A stretch of DNA of 64,000 bases from Escherichia phage OLB35: sequence record MH992122.1. One strand, given 5' to 3'. The notes beneath the pieces were generated by a model. It was not told where the DNA came from. It searched no databases and saw nothing but the letters and a program-made list of their open reading frames with translations. Of the stretch, positions 1-8,635 are shown one piece after another (the first letter of the stretch is position 1; every line of letters begins with the position of its first letter). The translations under genes were made by a program, and so were the position numbers.

Positions 1-12
1 TGATATGTTTTC
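1..12 (-). CDS. 5' end of an internal-protein-like gene (MKTY...), continues beyond window start
   Basis: RC of 1-12 reads ATG AAA ACA TAT; an early promoter lies just upstream at 46-75; only 4 codons are in the window. Confidence 0.3.
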
Positions 13-45
13 ATTTTTTGTTTCCTTGTTTGTTTTGATAGAGTA

Positions 46-75
46 ATTATACCATATTAATACTTAAGCGTAAAC
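46..75 (-). promoter_or_regulatory. T4-type early (sigma70-like) promoter
   Basis: minus strand reads GTTTAC (70-75), 18-nt spacer, TATAAT (46-51). Confidence 0.5.
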
Positions 76-81
76 AATTTA

Positions 82-339
82 AGCTTTACCGCCAGAAATA
101 ATTCCGAAGTTGTTAAAATCGTATCCAATATCGTCAACATCTACTTTAGGATTTACTACAACATAAGCAATTTCACTACGTTTTGCATAGGTGTTGATTT
201 CTTTACCATCGCCACCTAAGAAAGAATACCCATTACGTTTTAATGAGCCAAAGTCTTCGGCATCACCAATTTACTTCGATAGCAGCTTTCTGTTCCGCAG
301 ATAATGTACTTCAGTGATAAACTCTTGATATGTTTTCAT
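82..339 (-). pseudogene. internal-protein-like gene with capsid targeting sequence, interrupted
   Basis: starts MKTYQEFITE; in-frame TAA at 271-273; the downstream segment IGDAEDFGSLKRNGYSFLGGDGKEI...GIISGGKA continues in the same frame; the short segment before the stop reads sensibly in another frame (LSAEQKAAIEVN), suggesting paired indels. Confidence 0.45.
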
Positions 340-345
340 TTTTCC

Positions 346-759
346 TTAGTAAATTGATTTACCATAGTATTTGTACCAAGTCGGACGTTGAGCAATTTTT
401 TCATCTAAGCGTGCTTGACTTATCGCAATGGACGCTTCGGACGGGACATAATTATTACGAAATTCGGCAGGGATGTCGGAAATATCCTGGACTGTCGTGT
501 CCTTGATTTTGAAACCACGTTTCAAACATTCAGCGATTAGCTCGATTTGACGTAAACGTAAAAATTCGAGTTTGTCGTAAAAGAATGTTACGTGACCTGT
601 GCCTAAGATAAATGTTGGAGAGATTTTAAAATCCTTTACACATTTACCATTTTGAACATGTTTACGGACTGCACCAAATACGCGTGGTAATTCACGATAC
701 TCAGCCATAAGATGTTGGTCGGACAGTTCAGAAACAAGTGTTAAATTGATACGAGTCAT
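346..759 (-). CDS. denV: endonuclease V, pyrimidine-dimer DNA glycosylase
   Basis: [12 protein letters not shown]...[16 protein letters not shown]... closely matches remembered T4 DenV; about 138 aa. Confidence 0.9.
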   Translation of the reverse strand: MTRINLTLVSELSDQHLMAEYRELPRVFGAVRKHVQNGKCVKDFKISPTFILGTGHVTFFYDKLEFLRLRQIELIAECLKRGFKIKDTTVQDISDIPAEFRNNYVPSEASIAISQARLDEKIAQRPTWYKYYGKSIY

Positions 760-786
760 AATTTCCTCCAAGTAGTTGATGAATGT

Positions 787-816
787 ATAGTATCAAAACT
801 CTTGGAGGAAGTAAAC
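787..816 (-). promoter_or_regulatory. early promoter upstream of denV
   Basis: minus strand GTTTAC (811-816), 18-nt spacer, TACTAT (787-792). Confidence 0.45.
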
Positions 817-817
817 A

Positions 818-1099
818 CTATTTTTCTGAAGCGCCTGAAATATATTTTTCAAGACGTTGTTTCATCAGCGAGCCGTTCTTAGCGATTTCTTCCGGTTTAT
901 CGCACATACGCAACAAGGCTTCAAGCTTAGCGATATCACTGGTGCGCTCAAATTTGCGAGTATCTATCTTACTAGCAAGTTCAGAAATACGTGCTAATAG
1001 ACTTTCAGCTTCAACCAAAGCTGCACCTAGCTTAGTTGCAAATGTGTCAGTAGCTTCGTTAAGAATAGATTCTGATAAAAATTCACTATATGTTTTCAT
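818..1099 (-). CDS. internal protein (ipII/ipIII-like) with capsid targeting sequence
   Basis: starts [10 protein letters not shown] (CTS-like, L-x-E site); lies between denV and e as the ip genes do in T4; ATG overlaps the e stop. Confidence 0.55.
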   Translation of the reverse strand: MKTYSEFLSESILNEATDTFATKLGAALVEAESLLARISELASKIDTRKFERTSDIAKLEALLRMCDKPEEIAKNGSLMKQRLEKYISGASEK

Positions 1100-1557
1100 A
1101 TATACGCTTTCCAAGTTCCTGTTTTAAATGTTGAGATTACGCGTTTCGCGCGATTAGGTGTCTGACGATACCATTTAGATTGGGCTAGATTTACTGCCGC
1201 TTCATCCCAACGTTTCTGTTGAAGCATACGAAGAGAATTAGTAAAACCAGCGACGCCTGCTACACCCATTTGGAAGACCATATTGACCAATGCACACCGA
1301 CGAACTGCATCTAAAGAATCATATACCGGTTTAAGTTTAGCATTAACGTCTTCATTAAATAGCTTTTCAGCCTCATCAAGGGTAATTGTACCGTTGCATT
1401 TACGACCGATCATTCTGTCAAGTTCAGCTTTAGCTACGGCTAAAGACGGGTTCTTTGTTACTAAATGGCCTATGCCAATCGTCCAAAAGCCTTCAGTGTC
1501 TTTGTATAAAGTCAGTCTAAGACCTTCGTCATTACGAAGCATTTCAAATATATTCAT
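1096..1557 (-). CDS. e: lysozyme (endolysin), T4 e family
   Basis: [15 protein letters not shown]...TIGIGHL...; T4 lysozyme homolog with a roughly 10-residue deletion relative to T4. Confidence 0.95.
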   Translation of the reverse strand: MNIFEMLRNDEGLRLTLYKDTEGFWTIGIGHLVTKNPSLAVAKAELDRMIGRKCNGTITLDEAEKLFNEDVNAKLKPVYDSLDAVRRCALVNMVFQMGVAGVAGFTNSLRMLQQKRWDEAAVNLAQSKWYRQTPNRAKRVISTFKTGTWKAYI

Positions 1558-1591
1558 AATACCTCCCACGTTTATAGGAGGTATTTATTAC

Positions 1592-2050
1592 TTATATGAC
1601 GGTAGTGAGCACCTTATATAATGATTTGCCCATTACATATTCCCATTGAGAAGGTTTAATTAAAGCGTATGCATCAAATTCAGGAATCTGTCGTCCGTCT
1701 GGGAATGTATGATAGGAATTACAAACACTGTTTCTGAATTGCTCGTGCTCTACAGGGATGGTATATAGGAACAGATGAATATTCTTATTGTCTGAGTAAT
1801 GATGTTCACCTAGGTCTTTCAGGAAGGCAGGGTCATATTGTGTAAACCCAGTTTCTTCTTCGCATTCACGAATAGCGGCTTCAATAGGAGATTCGCCAGG
1901 TTCGACACGGCCTTTAGGAATATCCCACCGATGAGCTAAAGAACCTTTAGGACGAGAACCAGTTACACGGCCCATGAATAACTCTTTATCTTCGGTAAGG
2001 AAAATAATACCGGCTGATAGCTCTTTCACTTTATTTTTCTTACTCATCAT
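1592..2050 (-). CDS. nudE: Nudix hydrolase
   Basis: Nudix box GRVEPGESPIEAAIRECEEETG; 152 aa; position next to e as in T4. Confidence 0.85.
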   Translation of the reverse strand: MMSKKNKVKELSAGIIFLTEDKELFMGRVTGSRPKGSLAHRWDIPKGRVEPGESPIEAAIRECEEETGFTQYDPAFLKDLGEHHYSDNKNIHLFLYTIPVEHEQFRNSVCNSYHTFPDGRQIPEFDAYALIKPSQWEYVMGKSLYKVLTTVI

Positions 2051-2276
2051 CTCGGTCCCATGATTTGGCCATTAATTCGGACATAAATTCTTCAATGCGC
2101 GTTTCTTTAGATGGACTTTCACTATTAGAGACCGCAAGTTTGTAATCTGCAATAGGACAGAACATATCAAGGTCCATATTAAGATCGTCTTTGATTTTTT
2201 CTTCTGACACATCTTTATCATATGTGTACAGATAACTATCACATGATTCTGATTTAATGTAAATTGCTATACTCAT
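2040..2276 (-). CDS. hypothetical protein
   Basis: ORF with likely ATG at 2276 (MSIAIYIK); overlaps neighbours by a few nt. Confidence 0.4.
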   Translation of the reverse strand: MSIAIYIKSESCDSYLYTYDKDVSEEKIKDDLNMDLDMFCPIADYKLAVSNSESPSKETRIEEFMSELMAKSWDRDDE

Positions 2277-2764
2277 CTCAAATTCCTGCATTCGGTAATA
2301 AAACGTTCAACTTCATTATTCTTGGCCTTTATCTTGTCTTTACGTTCCTGTAAACTACTTTTAACAAGATTAATAATGATGCCTATAGTACCTCCACCAA
2401 TAATACCACCAATAATACTTACGATAGTAGATGCTAATAAGATAGCGATAATATCTAATATAGCAAAGGCACTTACTTTAGTACTAAAAAACCACACCGA
2501 TGGTACAAATATAATCCATCCTGTTATCCATTGGCACTTATTGAAAAACTTTTCAAGCTCAGCTTGAGTTGTTCGTATTACTTCATCGATAGGTTGATAT
2601 CCATTAATGTATCTGTTCACGATAATACCTGCTGGTTTGTCGATTTTAAATGCTTGACATTGGTGTTTCACTAAATAAGATGGACATCCTGTCCAATCTA
2701 CTGAATAGTATGAAATACCTTCGTTGCCATCGTCTATATTAGACCAATATGTTTTGTTAATCAT
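2273..2764 (-). CDS. hypothetical membrane protein
   Basis: 163 aa, long hydrophobic stretch (GWIIFVPSVWFF...IIGGIIGGGTIGIII); C-terminus FITECR is part of the junction motif. Confidence 0.5.
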   Translation of the reverse strand: MINKTYWSNIDDGNEGISYYSVDWTGCPSYLVKHQCQAFKIDKPAGIIVNRYINGYQPIDEVIRTTQAELEKFFNKCQWITGWIIFVPSVWFFSTKVSAFAILDIIAILLASTIVSIIGGIIGGGTIGIIINLVKSSLQERKDKIKAKNNEVERFITECRNLR

Positions 2765-3450
2765 TACCAGCCTTCCATAGGGAATTCCAGATAAACTTGG
2801 GCATTGACACGAATTTCATTGGTGATCTTTTTAACTCGGTCTGTATTACGAGATACACGTCCGAACCAACGCCATCCATTACTAATTGCACGAGAACCAG
2901 TGTGCCATGTTTGCCAATCGAACTGAAGAAGAGTACGGTCTGGAGCTTCCCATTTCTCTAGTTCGCCTTTTTCAATTTTTTCGAGGACTTCTTTGTGCCA
3001 TTGGCGATAGATAAGTTCGCCATCAGGAATCTGACTGAACTCTGCAGTTCCTGTTGCAAAATGAGTAGGACACACGTCAGCGTTAACAAGACCAAGAATA
3101 TGTTCAGACAAATAGCGAGGATTGTCATAGTCAGGTTGTCCTGCAGTAATAAAATGTTGACCAACCGGAATATCCCGGCGCGGTACATCATCATGGTGAT
3201 AACCTGGAATAGCAGGATACCAACCAGGCATCAGCATATGAACCCGAGAATCAAATACAACATGTTGATTAGTCCAATCAATTGGGAGATTGACAATAAA
3301 GCTACGAGTAATAGGACCGCCGTTATCCTAAGCAAATTTTAAACTACAGTTAAAGAACATAGGCTCGTTCTTGATTTGATCATTAGAAATACCGCCGGCA
3401 AAACCACCTACTGCACGAGCTTGACTATTAAACACTTTAGAACTATTCAT
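2764..3450 (-). pseudogene. hypothetical protein interrupted by in-frame amber codon
   Basis: ATG at 3450 with SD GAGGA; in-frame TAG at 3328-3330 after 40 codons; same frame continues to 2764 (the 157-aa ORF of the track). Confidence 0.4.
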
Positions 3451-3451
3451 A

Positions 3452-3757
3452 TTATTTTCCTCGACATTCTTTAATGAAATTTTCTAGATTGGTAGATTCA
3501 ATAGCTTTTTTACGAGCTTCTGCGTGTTCTTCTTCAGACAATTTACATTTATAATTAACCCAGACGTTATGGTCAAAACTAGTCGTGGCATATAATAACA
3601 AAGCCCCGACGAATAATAAAAATGGTGATAAGAATACAAAACCAGGAACACCATCCATATCGTAAGCCTTTTGTAATACTGCAACAGAAAGAGCTACGTA
3701 AAAAGGTGATACAAATATAGTTAAAAGACCAATTCGGTTGGTTTCGCCTAATTTCAT
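3452..3757 (-). CDS. hypothetical membrane protein
   Basis: 101 aa, two hydrophobic segments; C-terminus NFIKECRGK is part of the junction motif. Confidence 0.5.
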   Translation of the reverse strand: MKLGETNRIGLLTIFVSPFYVALSVAVLQKAYDMDGVPGFVFLSPFLLFVGALLLYATTSFDHNVWVNYKCKLSEEEHAEARKKAIESTNLENFIKECRGK

Positions 3758-3777
3758 AATATTCTCCTCATGTTTTA

Positions 3778-3815
3778 ATAGGACTACTATAACATAGTCC
3801 TATAATTGTGTAAAC
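3778..3815 (-). promoter_or_regulatory. early promoter in a stem-loop (PeSL-like)
   Basis: minus strand GTTTAC (3810-3815), 18-nt spacer, TATAGT (3786-3791); inverted repeat ATAGGACT/AGTCCTAT flanks the -10. Confidence 0.5.
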
Positions 3816-3827
3816 AGTTTTGCGAAA

Positions 3828-4784
3828 TTATTTGAAAGGTTTTACCATATGGAAATTTTGTTTAAAACGTTTTACATAATCGTCATGTCCTAAGCTTTGG
3901 TACATACTTACAACTTTGCTGTAGTTTTCCCAAGCGTATTCACGGAACCAGCCTGACGTGATTGAAGTACAGACTTTTTCTAATGCCATCATAAAACTAT
4001 CACGTGGATGGATTTCAAAGTTATTAGGAATCTGAGAACGTTCTAACGCTAGTACACATGATTCTTCGTATACGCCGGCTAATTTGACCATTTCTGGTAA
4101 TGATTCGAACTTCTCGCGTGAGGTCATGACTTCAGAACCATCTTTCATATAAAATGTATACGCTGGACGGTCTGTTAGTGCAATGGCTTCGTGAATAGTA
4201 TCATGGTCATACGTATAGATGTCATCTTTAAAGAATGCGCTTTTAGAAGTGTCAAGAACTGGGTGAGCATAGTTCAAGGTTTCTTTCTGGCGTTTCAGCA
4301 TAATTTCAGTAAGTTCATCGTTCAGTGTAACACCTTTACCACGAAGATACTGAATATGGTTCATAGTCTTTAAAAAGAATGGATTATTTTTCTTGAAACG
4401 ATGAGACATCTTAATTGCAAGACACATCTCAGGAGTTGCCCAGTAAAACCCGTTCAAACGGTCTTTAGTCAAATTTTTCTTGGCGTATTTTAAAAGGTCA
4501 TAAGAAGACGTGAAATCTTCAGGAGTGAGTTCACCGACTAATTCACGGACATTAGTGATTGCCGGAACAATATATGCTTCAAAATGAGTTTCGCGTCCAT
4601 TATGGAAGCATTTGAAAACTTGGACATCAGGGTTATCTTGGTGAACATATACACCCATCATTTGATTTTTGAATACATTCCAAGAACCTTGGTCCGCAAT
4701 AAAGTCCCAATCACTATTTTTGATAGCGCTAGAATCAATAAGGCCGTGATAGTGAAGTGCACGAGAACCAATAACTAACATCAT
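3828..4784 (-). CDS. hypothetical protein, possible minimal nucleotidyltransferase fold
   Basis: 318 aa; N-terminal GS...SDWD resembles the GS-x(n)-D-x-D NTase motif (spacing longer than typical); no confident homolog recalled. Confidence 0.55.
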   Translation of the reverse strand: MMLVIGSRALHYHGLIDSSAIKNSDWDFIADQGSWNVFKNQMMGVYVHQDNPDVQVFKCFHNGRETHFEAYIVPAITNVRELVGELTPEDFTSSYDLLKYAKKNLTKDRLNGFYWATPEMCLAIKMSHRFKKNNPFFLKTMNHIQYLRGKGVTLNDELTEIMLKRQKETLNYAHPVLDTSKSAFFKDDIYTYDHDTIHEAIALTDRPAYTFYMKDGSEVMTSREKFESLPEMVKLAGVYEESCVLALERSQIPNNFEIHPRDSFMMALEKVCTSITSGWFREYAWENYSKVVSMYQSLGHDDYVKRFKQNFHMVKPFK

Positions 4785-4812
4785 AATATTTTCCTCGGAT
4801 TAATTCATTAAC

Positions 4813-5064
4813 TTAAATTTCGCGACATGCGATATTATATTCATCCCAGAGGTCGTCATGTGAAGCCTCTACCAATGGAACGATTGTGCCGTTTATGTCT
4901 TCATTATAAGGGCAAATTGTACAGTGCGCATCTTCGAATCGGATGCCTTTGTGTTCAGATTTTTTATAACGCATATCGAATATCTTTGCAAACTTTTCAC
5001 GAGTAATAGTTTTAGCAACTACTTCTGTTCCTATACTTTCGTAATAAACCATTGTTGTCTCCAT
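4813..5064 (-). CDS. hypothetical protein
   Basis: 83 aa ORF downstream of the PeSL-like promoter at 5074-5110. Confidence 0.45.
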   Translation of the reverse strand: METTMVYYESIGTEVVAKTITREKFAKIFDMRYKKSEHKGIRFEDAHCTICPYNEDINGTIVPLVEASHDDLWDEYNIACREI

Positions 5065-5073
5065 TTAATTTGA

Positions 5074-5110
5074 TAGGACTACTATAACATAGCCCTATCT
5101 TGTTGTAAAC
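5074..5110 (-). promoter_or_regulatory. early promoter in a stem-loop (PeSL-like)
   Basis: minus strand GTTTAC (5105-5110), 18-nt spacer, TATAGT (5081-5086); GATAGGACT...AGCCCTATC inverted repeat. Confidence 0.5.
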
Positions 5111-5114
5111 TGTT

Positions 5115-5312
5115 TTAGCAAGAATAACTAGATGATACCCAGCCTTGAACAGTAATACTATTATTTGATAACGAGATTGCGTCCTGGAGATTCAGACCTG
5201 CATTATCTTCAATCCACAATGTAACTTCTTCACGCTCTTCGGTTGCAATCTGGAACAGGTTTTCTAGAGCAGCTACTGCCGTACGTACAGCACAATCTAA
5301 TTCACGAGACAT
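5115..5312 (-). CDS. small protein, paralog family member P3 (C-terminal GWVSSSYSC)
   Basis: 65 aa; conserved C-terminal tail shared with the ORFs at 5322-5595 and 5605-5910. Confidence 0.5.
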   Translation of the reverse strand: MSRELDCAVRTAVAALENLFQIATEEREEVTLWIEDNAGLNLQDAISLSNNSITVQGWVSSSYSC

Positions 5313-5321
5313 ATGATTTCC

Positions 5322-5595
5322 TTAACAAGTGTGAGAAGATGCAACCCAACCACCATCTTCAAGGCTCAAGTTGTAGTCGTATTGGTAAACGTCGGCCCAT
5401 TCAGCATAACCGTTTTTTTGTACAACGTTCAAGATCGGCTTTAAGATGTCCTGGTGAATGATAGGTTCCACCCATGCCATAAGCTGGATACAAGTTGAAT
5501 GTTGTGTTTTGTTTATTAGCAATTTCTTTGGCAGCCTCAATAGCTGCATAGATTTTTGCTACAGCTTCAGCCAGTTCGGTTTGTTCTTTAGACAT
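5322..5595 (-). pseudogene. paralog P2 with frameshift at a homopolymer
   Basis: N-terminal frame (5401-5595) and C-terminal frame (5322-5549, ending GGWVASSHTC) differ by one nt; the switch maps to a 7-nt homopolymer at plus 5413-5419. Confidence 0.45.
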
Positions 5596-5604
5596 AATGA
5601 TTCC

Positions 5605-5910
5605 TTAGCACAACGCAGAAGACGAAACCCAAGCACCTTCAGTAATAACGTAACCATTACCTTCACGCTTAACATCGCCACCATTATTTTCAATTTCATC
5701 TTTCATCCACTGGGATACGATTTCACCCTTAGGATAATAAGTACGACCGCTACCATAATCACCTACAGAAAATGATACTGCATATTGGTCTGCGATCTTT
5801 GTTGCTTCTTCTTCGATACGTTCAGCTTGATTCAGAAGTTTATAAATTGCATCTGAAGCGGATTTGGCATCATTAAACTCTGGTACTTTAATTTCAATAA
5901 TCTTACTCAT
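5605..5910 (-). CDS. small protein, paralog family member P1 (C-terminal AWVSSSALC)
   Basis: 101 aa; shares MSK start, YGxGxTY and NGY motifs and the C-terminal tail with P2. Confidence 0.55.
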   Translation of the reverse strand: MSKIIEIKVPEFNDAKSASDAIYKLLNQAERIEEEATKIADQYAVSFSVGDYGSGRTYYPKGEIVSQWMKDEIENNGGDVKREGNGYVITEGAWVSSSALC

Positions 5911-5942
5911 TTTCTACATTCCTTAATAAAGTTTTCGATTGT

Positions 5943-6332
5943 TTCATTTTCACGTTTAGCTAGGAGTTCATTATAACTAATCATTTGAGAAGCGTAAACA
6001 GCATAAATTCAGTTAAGGCTTTTGCATCTTATTTCCTTAACGAATTCCATAGCTTCTTCATATTCATACTTTTTAACAGCTTCGATTGTTTCATTTTCAC
6101 GTTTAGCTAGGAGTTCATTATAACTAATCATTTGAGAAGCGTAAACAACGCCGTCAATAAGAAATCCAACTAATCCAAAGGCAAATCCCATGCCAATACT
6201 CATAATAAAAATTAGAATGTTCTCACCAAGAGAAGGCCAGCATAAATTCAGTTAAGGCTTTTGCATCTTATTTCCTTAACGAATTCCATAGCTTCTTCAT
6301 ATTCATACTTTTTAACAGCTTCATCATACTGA
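5943..6332. repeat. nested direct repeats A (about 66 bp) and B (about 83 bp) in order A-B-A-(93 bp)-B
   Basis: A at 5943-6009 and 6090-6156; B at 6009-6091 and 6250-6332, near identical by eye. Confidence 0.8.
6009..6203 (-). CDS. small membrane protein (chimeric: unique N-term + repeat A + repeat B)
   Basis: 64 aa; C-terminal 22 aa identical to the C-terminus of the ORF at 6248-6640. Confidence 0.4.
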   Translation of the reverse strand: MSIGMGFAFGLVGFLIDGVVYASQMISYNELLAKRENETIEAVKKYEYEEAMEFVKEIRCKSLN

Positions 6333-6640
6333 GCTTGGGCTTTTGCGCACTGAACTTTCCATTCTCTTAATCGGGCTCTGTGATGACGTCCTTGGTACCA
6401 ATATCCCATCCAGTTAATAGGCATTAATAAAAACGGTACAATAAGTGGTGCGACGAACATTAATGAAAATGCTGCATCAGACGATATAACTTCACTAGAA
6501 TCTAAAACGGCTCCTATAATCATAAAGATTAAAAATGCTAAAGCTAAAATAGGGCCAAATAGTACTTCATTTGGGATTAATTTACGCTTGTATTCATACG
6601 CCCAGGGCTTACTTGGCATGTATAGGGTTGGCTTTGACAT
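6248..6640 (-). CDS. hypothetical membrane protein
   Basis: about 130 aa from ATG at 6640 (the track start at 6670 is TTG); two hydrophobic segments; C-terminus encoded by repeat B. Confidence 0.45.
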   Translation of the reverse strand: MSKPTLYMPSKPWAYEYKRKLIPNEVLFGPILALAFLIFMIIGAVLDSSEVISSDAAFSLMFVAPLIVPFLLMPINWMGYWYQGRHHRARLREWKVQCAKAQAQYDEAVKKYEYEEAMEFVKEIRCKSLN

Positions 6641-7211
6641 ATTCTCTACATTCCATAATAAATTGCTCAAGGATTAAATTGTTAGTGAAATTAGGACTAA
6701 CAACCATAGTTTCATAAAGCGCATCAATAGCACTTAAAGCATCAACTCTCTTAAGCAAAGGCTTGCCTTCATACATAGTTTCAGAATCGACGATTAACGT
6801 AAAGTAGTATTTTTTATTATCGACTAGAACTTCTGTATCGATATAAAACATATTAGTCCTCAGAAGCTTATCTCTAAAACCATAATAATCTTCAGAGCGT
6901 TCGCTGATATATTCCCATTCAGTGTTTAAACAACAAACAGACCACGTAGGAGCAACGAAATCAGTGAATCTAATATCATGGTCTGCAACTAGTTTAGCAA
7001 TAGCTCCGATATCATGAATCATAATACCTGGGGCTAATAAAGATTTTCTGCTATGGCTAGCCGTTTTCTCGGTGGTCTCATAAGAAGACGACCAGTACCA
7101 TTTACGTCCGGTTGCAACATATCGTAATGAATCAACTAAAGACGTAGGTGGATTTACCTTATCTCGGAACTCTTCGAACATTGAGTCAATATCATTATTT
7201 TGGTTTCGCAT
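6609..7211 (-). CDS. hypothetical protein
   Basis: about 200 aa from ATG at 7211 (MRNQNN) with SD AAGGAG; C-terminal region FIMECR is part of the junction motif. Confidence 0.5.
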   Translation of the reverse strand: MRNQNNDIDSMFEEFRDKVNPPTSLVDSLRYVATGRKWYWSSSYETTEKTASHSRKSLLAPGIMIHDIGAIAKLVADHDIRFTDFVAPTWSVCCLNTEWEYISERSEDYYGFRDKLLRTNMFYIDTEVLVDNKKYYFTLIVDSETMYEGKPLLKRVDALSAIDALYETMVVSPNFTNNLILEQFIMECREYVKANPIHAK

Positions 7212-7228
7212 GTTAACTCCTTTATTAT

Positions 7229-7252
7229 CCAAAAGGAGGACCGGAGTCCTCC
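7229..7252 (-). terminator. hairpin followed by T-run on minus strand
   Basis: stem GGAGGAC/GTCCTCC, loop CGGA, then TTTTGG on the minus strand; directly precedes the RBS of the next gene. Confidence 0.4.
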
Positions 7253-7260
7253 GTATTATT

Positions 7261-7854
7261 TTATTTCAAAGAGTTAATATATTCTTGTACATCAGCAGAA
7301 GTGGTTTCGACACCGGCTGGAGTGCCATTGAACGTTTCAACACGAGTCAGAGTGTCTTCGATATCAACCTTAGTCAGTGCAGCAATTTCAATCACATCAT
7401 CAGCCGTAGAGATACCAAGGGCATTGGCTGCTCGAGTTTCACGAATGTATTCGAGTTTGATTGCCAGATTCTGACGAGCATCATCAAGTTCAACCACCTT
7501 ACGAGCAATTTCAATTCGCATAGCGGCATAACCGTCAGCTTTTGTATTAAGTTGTTCGGCAGTTCGACGATACAGAAGACCAAGCTTAGCATGCATGGTA
7601 ACATCTTGTCCTTCAGCCAGGAGCTTACGAATTTCACGTTCCTTAGAAGCGGCTTGCTTGTTCTTTTCATTAACAAGTTCGCGAATACGTTTTTCTTCAT
7701 TAATAGATTTAACAGAAGCCGTTTTTAGTTCTTTGATTTGGGTAATCAACTTATCTGCAGCTGCGTTATACTGTTCTTCGACAGTCAGATTTTTAGCCAT
7801 AGCAGTACCCAGTTTAGTGCGGATGAATTCAACAAGTTTCTTCAGTGTGTTCAT
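7261..7854 (-). CDS. coiled-coil protein, PspA/IM30-like (tentative)
   Basis: about 197 aa, heptad-rich, charged; loose resemblance to E. coli PspA by eye; ATG at 7854 with SD AAAGG. Confidence 0.5.
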   Translation of the reverse strand: MNTLKKLVEFIRTKLGTAMAKNLTVEEQYNAAADKLITQIKELKTASVKSINEEKRIRELVNEKNKQAASKEREIRKLLAEGQDVTMHAKLGLLYRRTAEQLNTKADGYAAMRIEIARKVVELDDARQNLAIKLEYIRETRAANALGISTADDVIEIAALTKVDIEDTLTRVETFNGTPAGVETTSADVQEYINSLK

Positions 7855-7924
7855 ATTATTACCTTTCAATTGGTGGTTTATTATCCAATGAGAGCATTAT
7901 ACTCTGCTCTCAAGAGTTTGTAAA

Positions 7925-8152
7925 TTATTTTTTAATCAAATTGACATAAAACTTGGCGTCTTCCGGGTGCATGCCTTCGCAGTATTCTTCAACCATGAAC
8001 TTCTTAACAGCTTCATAAGGACCACTCAGATTAAGCTCAGTTGTCCAAAACTTGGAATCTTGGGCTGAATCGATACGAACTTCAGGGTGTCGGTTGCGAA
8101 TAACTTCTTCGGTGTATTCATAATCAACGACATCAATACTAACTTTAGCCAT
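7925..8152 (-). CDS. hypothetical protein
   Basis: 75 aa; preceded by module M copy 1 (promoter plus conserved leader with GAGGAG). Confidence 0.45.
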   Translation of the reverse strand: MAKVSIDVVDYEYTEEVIRNRHPEVRIDSAQDSKFWTTELNLSGPYEAVKKFMVEEYCEGMHPEDAKFYVNLIKK

Positions 8153-8161
8153 TTTGTTTCT

Positions 8162-8635
8162 CCTCTGTAGTTGATAAGTCTTAACTATAGTATCACCATC
8201 ATTGGTGTTTGTACATCATTATTTTTAATTTTTCCAACTTAACAACCTTCAGCCAAGATACAACAGAGTTTTTATCTGAGGATTCAAATTCAGGCATTGG
8301 ACTTTCACCGCGAATAACTTCTTCGGTGTATTCATAATCAACGACATCAATACTAACTTTAGCCATTTTGTTTCTCCTCTGTAGTTGATAAGTCCTATAG
8401 TATCACCATCATTGGTGTTTGTACATCATTTATTTTTAATTTTTCCAACTTAACAACTTGTAGTGTCCTTCATTCATACGTGGTTTATCCCAAGAAATAC
8501 TAATATATGATTCGCCATCAATAGCTTTTTCTTCACCACCACCACTGATAGTCCTCTGTAGTTGATAAGTCCTATAGTATCACCATCATTGGTGTTTGTC
8601 AACTATTATTTTTAATTTTTCCAACTTAAAACTTG
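8162..8635. repeat. three tandem copies of a roughly 90-bp promoter/leader module (M) separated by partial gene duplicates
   Basis: module CCTCTGTAGTTGATAAGTC...TATAGTATCACCATCATTGGTGTTTG...TTTTTAATTTTTCCAACTTA at 8162-8255, 8376-8456, 8549-8635; 8300-8375 duplicates the 5' end of the 7925-8152 gene; 8457-8530 duplicates the 3' end of the 8626-8916 gene. Confidence 0.8.
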
